Shown piece after piece: positions 28,120-39,679 of a stretch of DNA of 64,000 nt. The notes below the pieces were generated by a model. The model was not told the DNA's origin and did no database searches. It was given only the letters and a program-made list of their open reading frames with translations. Position 1 is the first letter of the stretch, and every line of letters starts with the position of its first letter. The translations under genes were made by a program, and so were the position numbers. Source of the stretch: Cycas panzhihuaensis (taxonomy: Eukaryota; Plantae; Cycadophyta); assembly GCA_023213395.1 (NCBI GenBank), contig CM041465.1, forward strand, positions 248,813,741-248,877,740, read 5' to 3'.

Positions 28120-28702
28120 TGTTAAAGATAGAATTCAACCTTTACACCAATAAATAATGAGCACAACCCTTAGGATCTTATGAAGAGGAAGTTGGCTAGT
28201 AAATGAAGATGATTAGTATCAAGGATAAGTAACTTAGAGAATGAGTGCTTAAGAAAGCATGAAATAAAATGATCTCAAGCATAAGATAGATATAAAATAT
28301 GGAGGGGAAGGAATTTATCCTTACTCCAAAATAAGCAAGATTGTCTTGGATTCAAACTAGCAACATAAAAGTACAAACTCTCTCACTTTATATGATACAT
28401 GAGGTTTAACCTCCTTATATAAATGTGAAGGAGTACCTTGAGTGATTTTATGTTTAATAAGTGTCAAACATCCAAGATATGACTTTTTCATGTGGGATAA
28501 GTGTCCCTTAGGCTCTCTTTGTGAGCAAAAGTACATGAGAGTGCATTAACCCTTAAGTTACAATGTTATATCATTAGAACAAATGTGGATATGTACTTTA
28601 TCACATTAGGTGATAATTCATCTTGACAAAAAGTTACATAAAATATATCAATAATACAATATAAAGTACAATGCTTAACATGTAAATATAAAACTCTTAA
28701 CA
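28120..28702 (-). repeat. 5' LTR of element C
   Basis: tgttaaagata...tcttaaca; adjacent to the PBS. Confidence 0.94.
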
Positions 28703-29589
28703 TTTAAGCTCCCTATATGCTCTCCTACTTAACCCTTAATCATTAAATAGGGATAAAAAAAAAAACATTTTAATAATAATAAAAAATTATTTTTTAGTGT
28801 GTATTAAGATTAATTTAAAGTATTAAAGTCTTTTGGTGTGTGTTTATCTTTGCACAAAGTGATTAAAATCTTATAAATCCTTATTTAATAAGCATTAAGG
28901 AAGGAATATTCTCAAAAGCACTATAAGGTAAGTTATTTTTTCATTAAAAACTTGAAGGAATTTCTTAGTTATAAAGTAAGTTTTATATTAAATACTTGAA
29001 GGTATTTTTCAAGTATAAGAAAGCTATCTTTTTCAATGCTTAAAAGTGTTTTCCAAACACTAAAGTAGCTACTTTACAAGCATTTTATCAAGTTTCAAGT
29101 AAGCATCATTTTAGCATCAAGCAATGTCTCAAGTTTAAATCTGAGTTTTCAACCCACATCATATTATTTCAAACTTGGAATTGATTAAAATCTTAAGCTA
29201 AGAGGCTCTAAAAGGATTCAAACCTTGCCTCTTGTCTCAAAATTGGTGCATTTGCTAGGGGACCAATCAACTGTATGGTTAGTACATAATAATTTATACT
29301 TAAAACTATAGGAAAGAAGATTAAAAAATGGTGTTATTAGAGATATGAACTCTAAGGAAATCAAAATATAACTGTGCAGATCAACCTTACCTTGGTTACA
29401 CTATGATTAAACTTGATTAATTGTTGAATCTATTTATAAATTAGGGTTAGTCCACCCAAAATCCTAACCCTCCACTTTCACATTATTCTTTAGTTATTAG
29501 ATCTTCTTTGTAAGATCAAGGCTATGGGTGTACTTGGAAGTAGAACTCAAGAAGAAACAATTTCAAGTTTCCAAATATAAAACTTAAAA

Positions 29590-32500
29590 ATATGTATTCC
29601 ATAATAATGCTTAATATAAGTCACATCAAATTAACTGGACTTGATAGCTTTCAAGATTGAAAAAACCAAGCAAATAATCTGCTCATAATAAATAAACTTT
29701 AGGAATATGTATCTGGAAGAATCCCCAAGCTTACACCAACTCAAAGCACTGTGGATGTTAATGTTACAATTCCTACTGATCATATTCTTGCTACTGCATG
29801 GGAAGTCAAATATGAAATTGCCTTAGATTTCATCCATTTGATTATTTATAATACTGTAAATGAGAATATTACTAATGCTGCTACATGTAAAGATACATAG
29901 AATACATTATTATCATTGTATAAAAGGCAAGACGATGCCTACATTGTAATGCCTAAAGCAAAATTGTTTACTATTAAATTTGTTAAGCCAATGGCGAACT
30001 TTTTTATCTATTATTAAAGAAATAAATAATCAGTTAACAACTTTAGGTAAACCTAAATCTAATAAAGACCATGTTACTACTATAATTCATGATTTACAAT
30101 GGGAGTACAACAACTTCATCTCCTCCATCATAAGAGGAGGCTCTTTGGGTACTACTACATTTAAATAACTAGAAAGTATCTTACTACAAGAGGAGCAAAT
30201 CTACTCTCGACAAGAAGAAAGGATGACTTCAGGAGCATTTACTACTAAGTTTAAAGGCCAACAACTAATAGCTCCTAAACAGAATTTATATAAATAGTTT
30301 AGAAACCTCAATATTAGTTCTTTAAAAACCAAAATATTTGTATCTCATTATTCTGGCAAGATGGGCCACATTCAACCCGATTGCAGGAAGAAGCAATTTA
30401 ACCTATAGCAGTAACAACATCAACAACCACAACAATAACAAAGATAATATAACTAGTGGAGGCAACAATAGTAGTAACGACCCCCACATAGACCAAATTG
30501 AGGTGCATTTTAAGGAAATCAACAAGAAAGGGGGGCATTTAAAGGTGGCTATTAAAGTCACATAAATTAATATTCTAATAAAAAGATGTTTTATGTATAT
30601 CACAACAACATAAGCAACAACACTTGCATTATCGAATCAAGAGCATCTTATCATATGATTGGTGATGCTAACATGTTATATAATATTAGTAAGAGCAAGG
30701 TATAAACTATTACCTTTGGTAAAAATTAAACAATATAGATATCTAGTGTTGGAAAATTTACTTCCTTCTACACTTCAAAAGAACCTACTCATATATTTAC
30801 CATTGATGATACATTCTTGGTGCCTTGAATGCCTAAAAAATTGCTACCTATTAGCCAACTTGATAAGTAACAAATAAACATATTTTTTAAATTTAGAAAA
30901 TGTCTAATTAGTGATAAATATGATCAAGTGATTTCCATTGGTCATGAAGATAATGGATTATACAAATTAGATTCATCTCAAGCAACACTTTATACTTCAC
31001 AAATCTATATCACTTAGTCTTTAACTAAGGAAAAACTATAGCACAATAGACTAGATTATTTAAGCCTAGAGAGAATTAAATTGATGTCTTGCAAAAATAT
31101 GGTATTTGGCTTACCAAAAATTTTAGTAGGTAAGGGCCTCTATGAGACATGTATTATGTGGAAATAACATGGAGAGCCTTTTTAGAGAGGCAAAGCATAG
31201 CGAGATTCACAACTATTGTAACAGCTTTATATTGTTATTTATGGACTCATGTCCACATAATCTTTTAGAGGAGTATCATACTACAATACTTTCATTAACA
31301 ACTTCTCTCACAAAGATTAGGTAGACTGCATTAAATTCAAATTTGAAGCATTAAAAAAAATCAAAAAATTTAATCTTGTAGTAGAGAAGGAATCATGTAT
31401 ATAAATTAAAATGTTATGGTTTGATAATAGAGGTGAATCTACTTCAAGAGAATTCAACCAAATTTGCATCAATCATGACAATAAAAGACAACTCATTATT
31501 CCATACACACCATAATAAAACACAATAGCTGAAAGGATGAATAAGACTTTGGCTAATAAAGATAAATCTACAATGCATACTAAAAACCACCCATTAACCT
31601 ATTGGGTAAAAACACTTCATACAGTTGCTTATGTCACCAACAAAAGCTCCCAAACAACTATCTAAGATATGACACCAGAAGAGGCTTGGACTGGTAGGAA
31701 GCCAATTGTCAACCACTTGCACATCCTTGAGTGCACAACCTATATGTATGTTCCCCATCAACAAAGATAAAAGTTAGATAAAAAAAGTTTTAAATGCCTA
31801 TTTATTAGTTATGGAATTAGAAGCAAAGTAGATAGAGTTTATCATCTCATTGGAAAAAACATGCATGCAACTACAAATGTAATCTTTACTAAAGATAATG
31901 AGGAAATAGACTAAACATTTATCCATATTCTTCTTAACAAAGGAAAAGAGATTATTTAAGACTTCATTTCCTCTTAATCATCAACACCGTGTACATCTTA
32001 TGCATATATATCTTCTTATCCACATCAACTCTATCTTTTTCATTAGCTTCTCTTGATCCTGACAATCTTTCTAACATTGAGAAGCCTTTACAAGCTTAGG
32101 ATATTGAGGTCACAATTATAATGATGAAGAAAATAACAAAACAATGCATGTAAACTATATAGGATGCTCAAGTACTTGAAGAAAAATACCCATCGAGGAT
32201 AAGGCAGTAATTTATCAATTATACATTTATGGCTGGAGGGATTTCTATTGATTAACCTTCCACTTTTGAGAAGGCATGTAGAGATAAAAACTTGAAATAT
32301 TGTCATGGATGATGAAATCCATTCTATTGAAAAGAATAGAACTTGGTATTTGATAGAATTTCCTAAAGTAAAATGTGTAATTAACTGCAAGTGGATCTAT
32401 AAAACTAAATTTTGATTTGGCAGTTCATTTGAGCATCACAAGGCTTGACTGGTTGCTAAAGGATCTAAATAAAATGAAGGAAAAGTTTATGATCTCATTA

Positions 32501-34410
32501 GAGAAAACATGCATGTAACTACAAATATAATCTTTACTAAATATAATGAGGAAATGAACCAAACATTCATCCATATTCCTCTTGACAAAGGAAAAGAGAT
32601 TATTCAAGACTTCCTTCCCTCTCAATCATCAATACCATGTACATCTTCTGCACATATATCTTCTTATCTACATCTCCATCTTTTTCATTAGCTCCTCTTG
32701 ATCCTGACAATCTTTCTGACATTGAGAAGCCTTTACAGGCCTAGGACATTGAGGTCACAACTATAATGATGAAGAAATTAATGATACAGTGCATACAGAT
32801 TATATAGGATACTCAAGTACTTGAAGGGAAATGCCCATCAAGGATAAGGCAGCAATTTATCAATTATACACTTATGGCTAAAGGCTTTCTATTGATGAAC
32901 CTTCCACTTTTGAGGAGGCATATAGAGATAAAAACTGGATTGTTACCATGGATGATGAGATTCATTCTATTGAAAAGAATAAAACTTGGTATTTAATAAA
33001 ATTGCCTAAAGTAAAATGGGCAATTAACTGCAAGTGGATTTATAAAACTAAATTTTGATTTGACAATTCAATCAAGCATCACAAGGCTTGATTAGTTGCT
33101 AAAGGATCTAAATAAAATGAATGCATAGATTATGATAAAACCTTTACACCATTTGCAAACATAAACATAATTAGACTGATATTGGCCTTAGCTACATAAT
33201 GCAAATGGCCCATTTATCAAACAGACATCAAGAGTGCCTTTCTTAATAGAAATCTTAAAGAGGAGGTATATTTAGAGAAACCTCTTGGATACGTAACATT
33301 TGGCAAAGAACATATGATCTATTTCCTTAAAGAGGATTTATATAGCTTAAAGCATACCCTACATACATGATATTTGAAAAATCGATCACTACATTTGAGA
33401 TATAAATTTCATCAATCCTCATTAAACCTAAACTTGTACATAAAAGTTAGGGACCAACATGCTATTTTTGTTGTATTATATATTAATGGATTAATAATCA
33501 TTAGAAGTGATACTAAGATGATAAAAAATCTCTAAGAGGACCTAAAGAGAAGTTTTGAGATGATAAATCTGGGAGTTTACAATTATTTCTTAAGCATAGA
33601 GGTGTGATAAAAACGAGGCAATATCTTCATTTCCTAAGTAAACTACACTTGGGACATATTGTAATGCTTCAAAATAGAGGACTATAAACTACCACCTATA
33701 CCTATAAAGAGTGGTATCTAATTGACACTTGATGAGAAATCACAACCTATGGATTCCACACTTTATTGACAACCGGTGGGTAGTCTTATATTTGATTAAT
33801 ACTAGACTTGACCTATCATTTGTAGTTAGAATTTGCTTACGATATATATCTCAACCTAATCAGAAGTATTAAATAACAACAAAATGTATACTGAGATGTC
33901 TTGAATGCATATTAAAATATGGCCTTTAATATACATACAATAAGGACTTCACACTAGAAGGATTCTTAAAATTTGATTAGGATAGTTGCCAAGATAGTCA
34001 TTAATCTACCTCAAGGTATTATTTTAATCTCAAATCAAATGTTATCTTATGGAGTTATAAGAAGCAACTAGGTGTTATTTTGCCCTCCATATAAGCAAAA
34101 TATAAAGTTGTAGTCAATGTAATATGTGAGGCAATAGAACTAAGGAAAATTCTTAATGAGCTTAGACTTTAGCAATCTCACCCCACCAAACTTTACTATG
34201 ACAACTAAAGTGTGCTCAAGATGACTAAGAATCTAGTGTTTCATGCAAGAACCAAGTATATTAAGGTCTATTACCACTTCATTAGGAACATGTATAAAAT
34301 GATGAAACTAACCTTGTCTACAAGCCTATAGATCAATAGTTGTTAGATATCTTTACCAAACCACTTGGTAGAGAAAATTTTGAATAATATAGATATAGTC
34401 TTTGGGTAAT
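29590..34410 (+). pseudogene. gag-pol pseudogene of copia E with a ~650-bp internal tandem duplication
   Basis: Gag fragment at 29980-30168; integrase 'AERMNKTL' ~31530; RT and RNase H motifs up to 'DIFTKPL' ~34350. Confidence 0.9.
31833..33123 (+). repeat. Tandem duplication, 2 x ~648 bp
   Basis: 31833-32480 and 32481-33123 align along their full length. Confidence 0.95.
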
Positions 34411-34420
34411 GGGGGGAGGG

Positions 34421-34930
34421 TATTATAACCTTTATATTATAATGTTAAGTTATGTATTATGTAAAATTACTTTATCACTTAAATGTGATAAAGTATGCAC
34501 ACACCTTTCTCTAGTATGTATAATATTATAACTTATAGGTCAATCAACCCTTCACCCTTGTATTTGCATATTTGCATATATGTATGTATCATGGACAAAA
34601 GCCCTTCATGCAATATGCTTATTTGGGTGTTTGACACTTATCAAAATACAACACCCTAAAGGATATCCTCCTCACCTATATATTTAGACCATTTTCTCAT
34701 ATATAGACAAGAGAGTATGAGATGTACTATTATATTATTTATTTAAATACAAGTTAATCTTAATTGGAGTTAAGATCAATTCTTGTCCTTCATTGATAGT
34801 GTGGTTATTTGGTTACTTAGTTGATATTGTTATTGATGTTGATTATCTAATCCTTATCCTTCATTGTCCCCATATGATCTCTTTCTCACAAATACAGGGC
34901 TTTCAAGGATATTAAATATTATTCCAATCC
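34421..34930 (+). repeat. 3' LTR of element E (end approximate)
   Basis: Follows the PPT; shares motifs such as gtttgacactt and ttatcac.taa.tgtgat with the C LTR. Confidence 0.75.
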
Positions 34931-34949
34931 AATTTAATGTAATACCAAT

Positions 34950-36388
34950 GTTAGAAAGAGTAAATTATTATAAAAAAATGAATTTGTTTTATCATAAACA
35001 ATGAAAATACATGACCACATAAGGTCACAGGAAGCCACACACACATTCTCTTCAAATTATCCCAATAATGAACAAATATAAAGCCAATAGTCAACCATCC
35101 TTATCACGTATAAATAAAGCTTCTACTCGACCCATCGTCATTGACAATTATAATGTAATTCACATGCCCTCTTTAAATCATCTTCAACAACCCATGGAAG
35201 TCAAATCTCTATGATCTATCATCCCTCGACCCATAAATAAATAAATAATCAACAATACGCTTTTAGCAAGAAGGATGATATCCACATAAACAAAGTGATG
35301 GTAACATTGATCTTCACATTCCCATAAGATGTCTTCTTTCCAATTGATTTTTTTTTTCAATTATTGCATATCTCTACACAAGGTTGTTGCTTGTTTCATT
35401 ATATATAAGGTCTTTGCAAACTTTCTCATCTAATTATTCTTAAATCACTAATAGCAACTATAACAACGATGCTTGCAAATAAATTATTGGCTTTGTCTCA
35501 CAATTATAAGGTGATTAGTCCTATTTGGATAATATCAACTCATGGACAAATACTCATAAACCTGCATGCTTAATATAAGTATCATATATATAATAAATAT
35601 CCACAAAAAAAAATTAAACAATAAACATTATTACCAATTTTATATCAATCTTTGTCTTATAAGTGGCTCTTTTCATGCGACTCTCTTCATCTTCATTTTG
35701 CATTAATACTAGTCATACATGCATATTTATAGTTCTTAGTTCATTACAACATCTTAGCTAACTCTCTAAATTACCCCATAATGGCTTATACTGGTTATGA
35801 TAACTTCATAAGTTTGCTTAAGATCTTCTCACTCGTGCTCTAATACAATGTGAATATTTTTTACATGCTTTAATACCATATTGAAATTTATAAAACCATT
35901 TTATGTATGCAGCTAATACCATGTTGAAATACTTAACATGCATTGATATCATAATAATAAATGTGTACAAGCATATAAGTAGGATATGTAACCATTCAGT
36001 TAATCATGAATATGCATATATGTGGAAGTATCAATAATTCACATGATTATTTAACAATAGAAAAGACAATAAGGGTAATCAAGGAGCCGATCAAACAACC
36101 ATAAATATGGCACAATACTAGTTCCAAATCATATATGAGATCTTATATTAATAAATCATAATGAATCATCTAGTCTCATAAGGAGAACTAAGTGATCTTA
36201 TTTATCATATAATATACATGTGCTTATATAAACTTATGTCACCTCATCACCAACCAATGATATTACATTGAATAACAACTAATTAGATCATGTATGAGAA
36301 CCCTTACATCAACTAATAATTAATCATCATAACTTGACCACATAAATTAAATGTTGTATCAAATATTATGATAATCAACATTCCAACA
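34950..36388 (-). mobile_element. Element I: 5' part of a decayed copia-like element (LTR ~35849-36388, PBS array, faint gag/PR)
   Basis: Reverse complement of the LTR is homologous to the G LTR (agatcacttagttctccttatga vs agatcacctagtcctccttatga); PBS-like copies at 35836-35951. Confidence 0.65.
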
Positions 36389-36799
36389 AGAAAGTATCTA
36401 AAGTAACTAATCATTGCATAGGTAGATGAGTCAACACTCTAATGCACTTTTAGAATTAAATTTCAACTTCAAATAATAAAGTTATTATAATCTTAGTGAT
36501 GACAAGTACTTTAAAAGTGAGTTGAGACTAAAAATTTGGCATTTAGTCCCTTTCACATATTTGTAGGTGGTCACATCAACTACTCCATGTGACTATGGAC
36601 TACTCCATAACACGATAATGGACTTCAAAAAATATCTCAATTTAATTTAATTAAGAAAAAACAGCGTACAAAAAACACAAACCCTAAAATTTTTGCCCTT
36701 TTTTTTTTTTTTTAAATTTTTGCAACGATCTAATCTAGATCTCTCTGGCAAGGTGAGATCCAATGTTATAAAAGGTGATATGGCCTATGGCCATGGCCA

Positions 36800-38840
36800 A
36801 AAAACCCTTCATTGAGCTCTTTCAAAATATTTACATGGTTGTTAAGCCTTTGTTACCAGAAATCTCAGGTTAAAGATAAAATACTTCTAACACCCATTTA
36901 CTCAAGGTGCTCTCTAAATCACTTTTCCCATCAGTAGTAGTAACTATGCCTTTTATGTAAATCTTATGCTACATTTTCTAGCTTAAAGATAATCTTCCTT
37001 CATGATAGATGTCTATCCATACTATATTTATATAGATTCACCTAGTGCTATATCTTTACACTATGCATTGTTTAAAAGCAATAAAGTTGTCATGTGAGCC
37101 AATAAAAGGATTATGTATTCCAACATATTTTATGCATAAATTTGTGTAGTCTTCTTTACGATCACAACCCATAACTTTAGGACGCTCAACATTGATGTTT
37201 AGGCTATGAACTCTAATTCTCTCATAGCAATCCACATAAGAAAACCATAGAATAAGAGCCCTAATAGTGAGATCTTCAAACCATTAACAAGTTCTTCTTG
37301 CACTTTATCCCTATTTATCACTACAACTCTTTGTTAAATTGTAATACTTAATCATCCATTTCTTACTAAAACACAAATCAACATAATCAAAATGTAATTA
37401 ATTTGATCCAATGTCTTGCTTGAGCCATAGAAACAAGTAATGATCTTTGTTTCATCCAAAATAGCCCTTCTAGTTTTCTTCTTGTGATCTTTATACATGA
37501 GCTTCTACTTAAGCCAAACAATTCCAATCTCCTTTATATATCCATATTCCTCAAGCCCCTTGAAGGGAATGAGGGTCTCTTTTTTTTATTTTCACTAGGG
37601 TTTTTCTCCAATTTCACAACCCATATAGGGTTTTGCTCCTCATTTTCATGATGGCCCTCACTTTTATCTTCCTTTTAAGCCACTGATCAACAAGCTTATA
37701 TATATTGTAAATATAAAATAGTAGAAATGAAATGAAAAAAATTAGGGTAACATTTTTTTTTTCCATCTTTCCCTCCCTTGCACTATCCTTCTTTCTCCAT
37801 AATGGGCCTAATTGTTTACTATAAACTAGTCAATGATAAGTTTAAAAAAAATAAAATTCAACATGAAAGAACAAGCCAAATATGTCAATATACTAGCAAA
37901 CAATGATCTAAAAATACTATCAACAATATATGCAAAATATTAATTTTGTAAAATATACAATAAACCTTACATCCTTCTGTATTTGCTCAACTATATACAA
38001 TAAATAGAAATTCATAAAGCTAATCTTTTAGCCATTAATCCTCCCTATAAAATGCATGTTTTCAACTTGTCCATCCTCACTTTTTCATGTCTCCATGGTC
38101 ACCATAAGCACCAAAAAGAAATCAAATTAATTACATAAAGTATCATCAAATATTCAAAGCAACAAGCATGACTCTCATTTTTTTTTTTTTAATTAGTGTC
38201 TAATATTCTCCAAGATCAAAGCATGGATATTTGATACCAAATGTTAGTATTCTCTAATACTAGTTGTTGATGTTGATCCATAGTCCTAATACCATATGCA
38301 ATATACAAGCAATTAAATAAACAATTAACCCAACTAGACTTGAATTAAAGATTTTTAAAAAATGTAAAATATCTATGAAATACACTAAAGAATTAAATAT
38401 GTATACAATGCAATGAATAATCTATATTAGAAGAATGACCAAACTTTAATTATTCAATAAAATAATATACATATTTATTAAATAAGTTCACCTTATATAA
38501 GATAACCTAAAAGTCAACTTTTGTGCGCTTGACATCTGATCATAAATTACTTTGATTATGGTGTTGCTACAAAGAGAATTGGTTATTCAATGCATGTTGC
38601 TTTAGTGCCTTTTAGTAGGATTGACATTAATTTTAAGCACCCAAAAATATAGTGAAGAACTGCTTATTTTTTATGCTTTTAGAGGACCATCTTTCTTTAT
38701 TTCTTAAAGAATATGTAGGCTCCTAATAAAGCTAATATGTCAGTTTACTGATGACTCATCTTAAGGTAAAGATGATCTAATACGTAAGGTAGTATGTTGG
38801 ACTCCATTCTAGATGAATTTAATGAATTTTTCAACATTCC
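36800..38840 (-). mobile_element. Element M: very decayed LTR element fragment; boundaries uncertain
   Basis: ttgatacca-aa-tgttag (PBS + LTR end) at 38231-38247; only faint coding-like texture to the left; no partner LTR found. Confidence 0.35.
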
Positions 38841-39345
38841 TAGTGCTGTAAGTATTTTAGGTTTATTATCCATTATACTCTTAGAAATAAATCTACACCA
38901 AGTAAGAAAAAGATGAGGAAATTATGTTTATGGTTATAGTTTCTTATATTTAGTTTAATATTTTCAACAATCTCTTCATACTATAATGTTATGTTTCCTA
39001 GGTTAAAGACTTGTACCTCTATTTTCTCTTAAATATGTAGTCTTGGCTATATTACCTATCATAAATTGATTAGGTTGTAGAAACTTCCAAAATCTATGAG
39101 AACTACCATATGTTTTCTATATAGCCTACAATTTGTTGCTAGTATATAAAATTCATAAAAGTTAATGTAATGTTTAATTACCAATCAAGTCATCATTGAC
39201 CAACACAAAAAGGTTTTTATACACGATCTTATTGGTTAACATGTCGATAAAATGATAATATATGATAATGAGTTGACATACTATACAAGGATAATGTATA
39301 TCATAAGATAATTAGATCACCTAGTCCTCCTTATGATGCTAGATA

Positions 39346-39653
39346 TATAACAAACCATTACACCAAAACCTGAATCGAAAGAGAAAAATCCAATTGCATA
39401 TGATAACACAAAGTTAAAATTACATATAAGAGTATAAAGCATCTATAATCACATATATCGATGGGCCTCTTCGAGAGGGCAACCTCCAATACATAAGATC
39501 ACAATACTTCCAGATGATCCTCACTCCTACATTACATACATATATATAGGGCTATTAAGACTGCCCATCTGTTACACTTATGAATATGGGATAATTACAA
39601 GAATAGAAATATAAGATTTGAGAAGAAGAGAGATAAGGGTTGGGTTCTTAACA
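39346..39653 (-). repeat. 3' LTR of element F
   Basis: Aligns ungapped to 43486-43793. Confidence 0.96.
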
Positions 39654-39679
39654 AGTTCCCCCCTTTTTTGAAAAGTTTT

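Larger units (their letters stand above)
12038..28702 (-). mobile_element. Element C: Ty1/copia LTR retrotransposon, host of element D
   Basis: LTRs 12038-12609 and 28120-28702. Perfect TSD TTTAA/TTTAA, PBS gctctaatacca at 28106-28117, poly-C PPT at 12610-12616. Confidence 0.95.
28708..34930 (+). mobile_element. Element E: Ty1/copia related to C; 5' LTR not in window (leader interrupted by C, probably also by A)
   Basis: gag-PR-INT-RT-RH remnants on +. PPT ggggggaggg at 34411-34420. 3' LTR from 34421 resembles the reverse complement of the C LTR. Leader 29300-29530 is homologous to C 26340-26560. Right end approximate. Confidence 0.88.

Noticed and set aside
36640-36830. Poly-T tract with small palindromes, suggesting a SINE/LINE tail
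   Set aside because: No TSD, A/B boxes or ORF2 remnant found.
39129-39133. TSD for element G (CAATT vs CTTTT), and likewise for J
   Set aside because: The match is too weak in AT-rich sequence to count as evidence.
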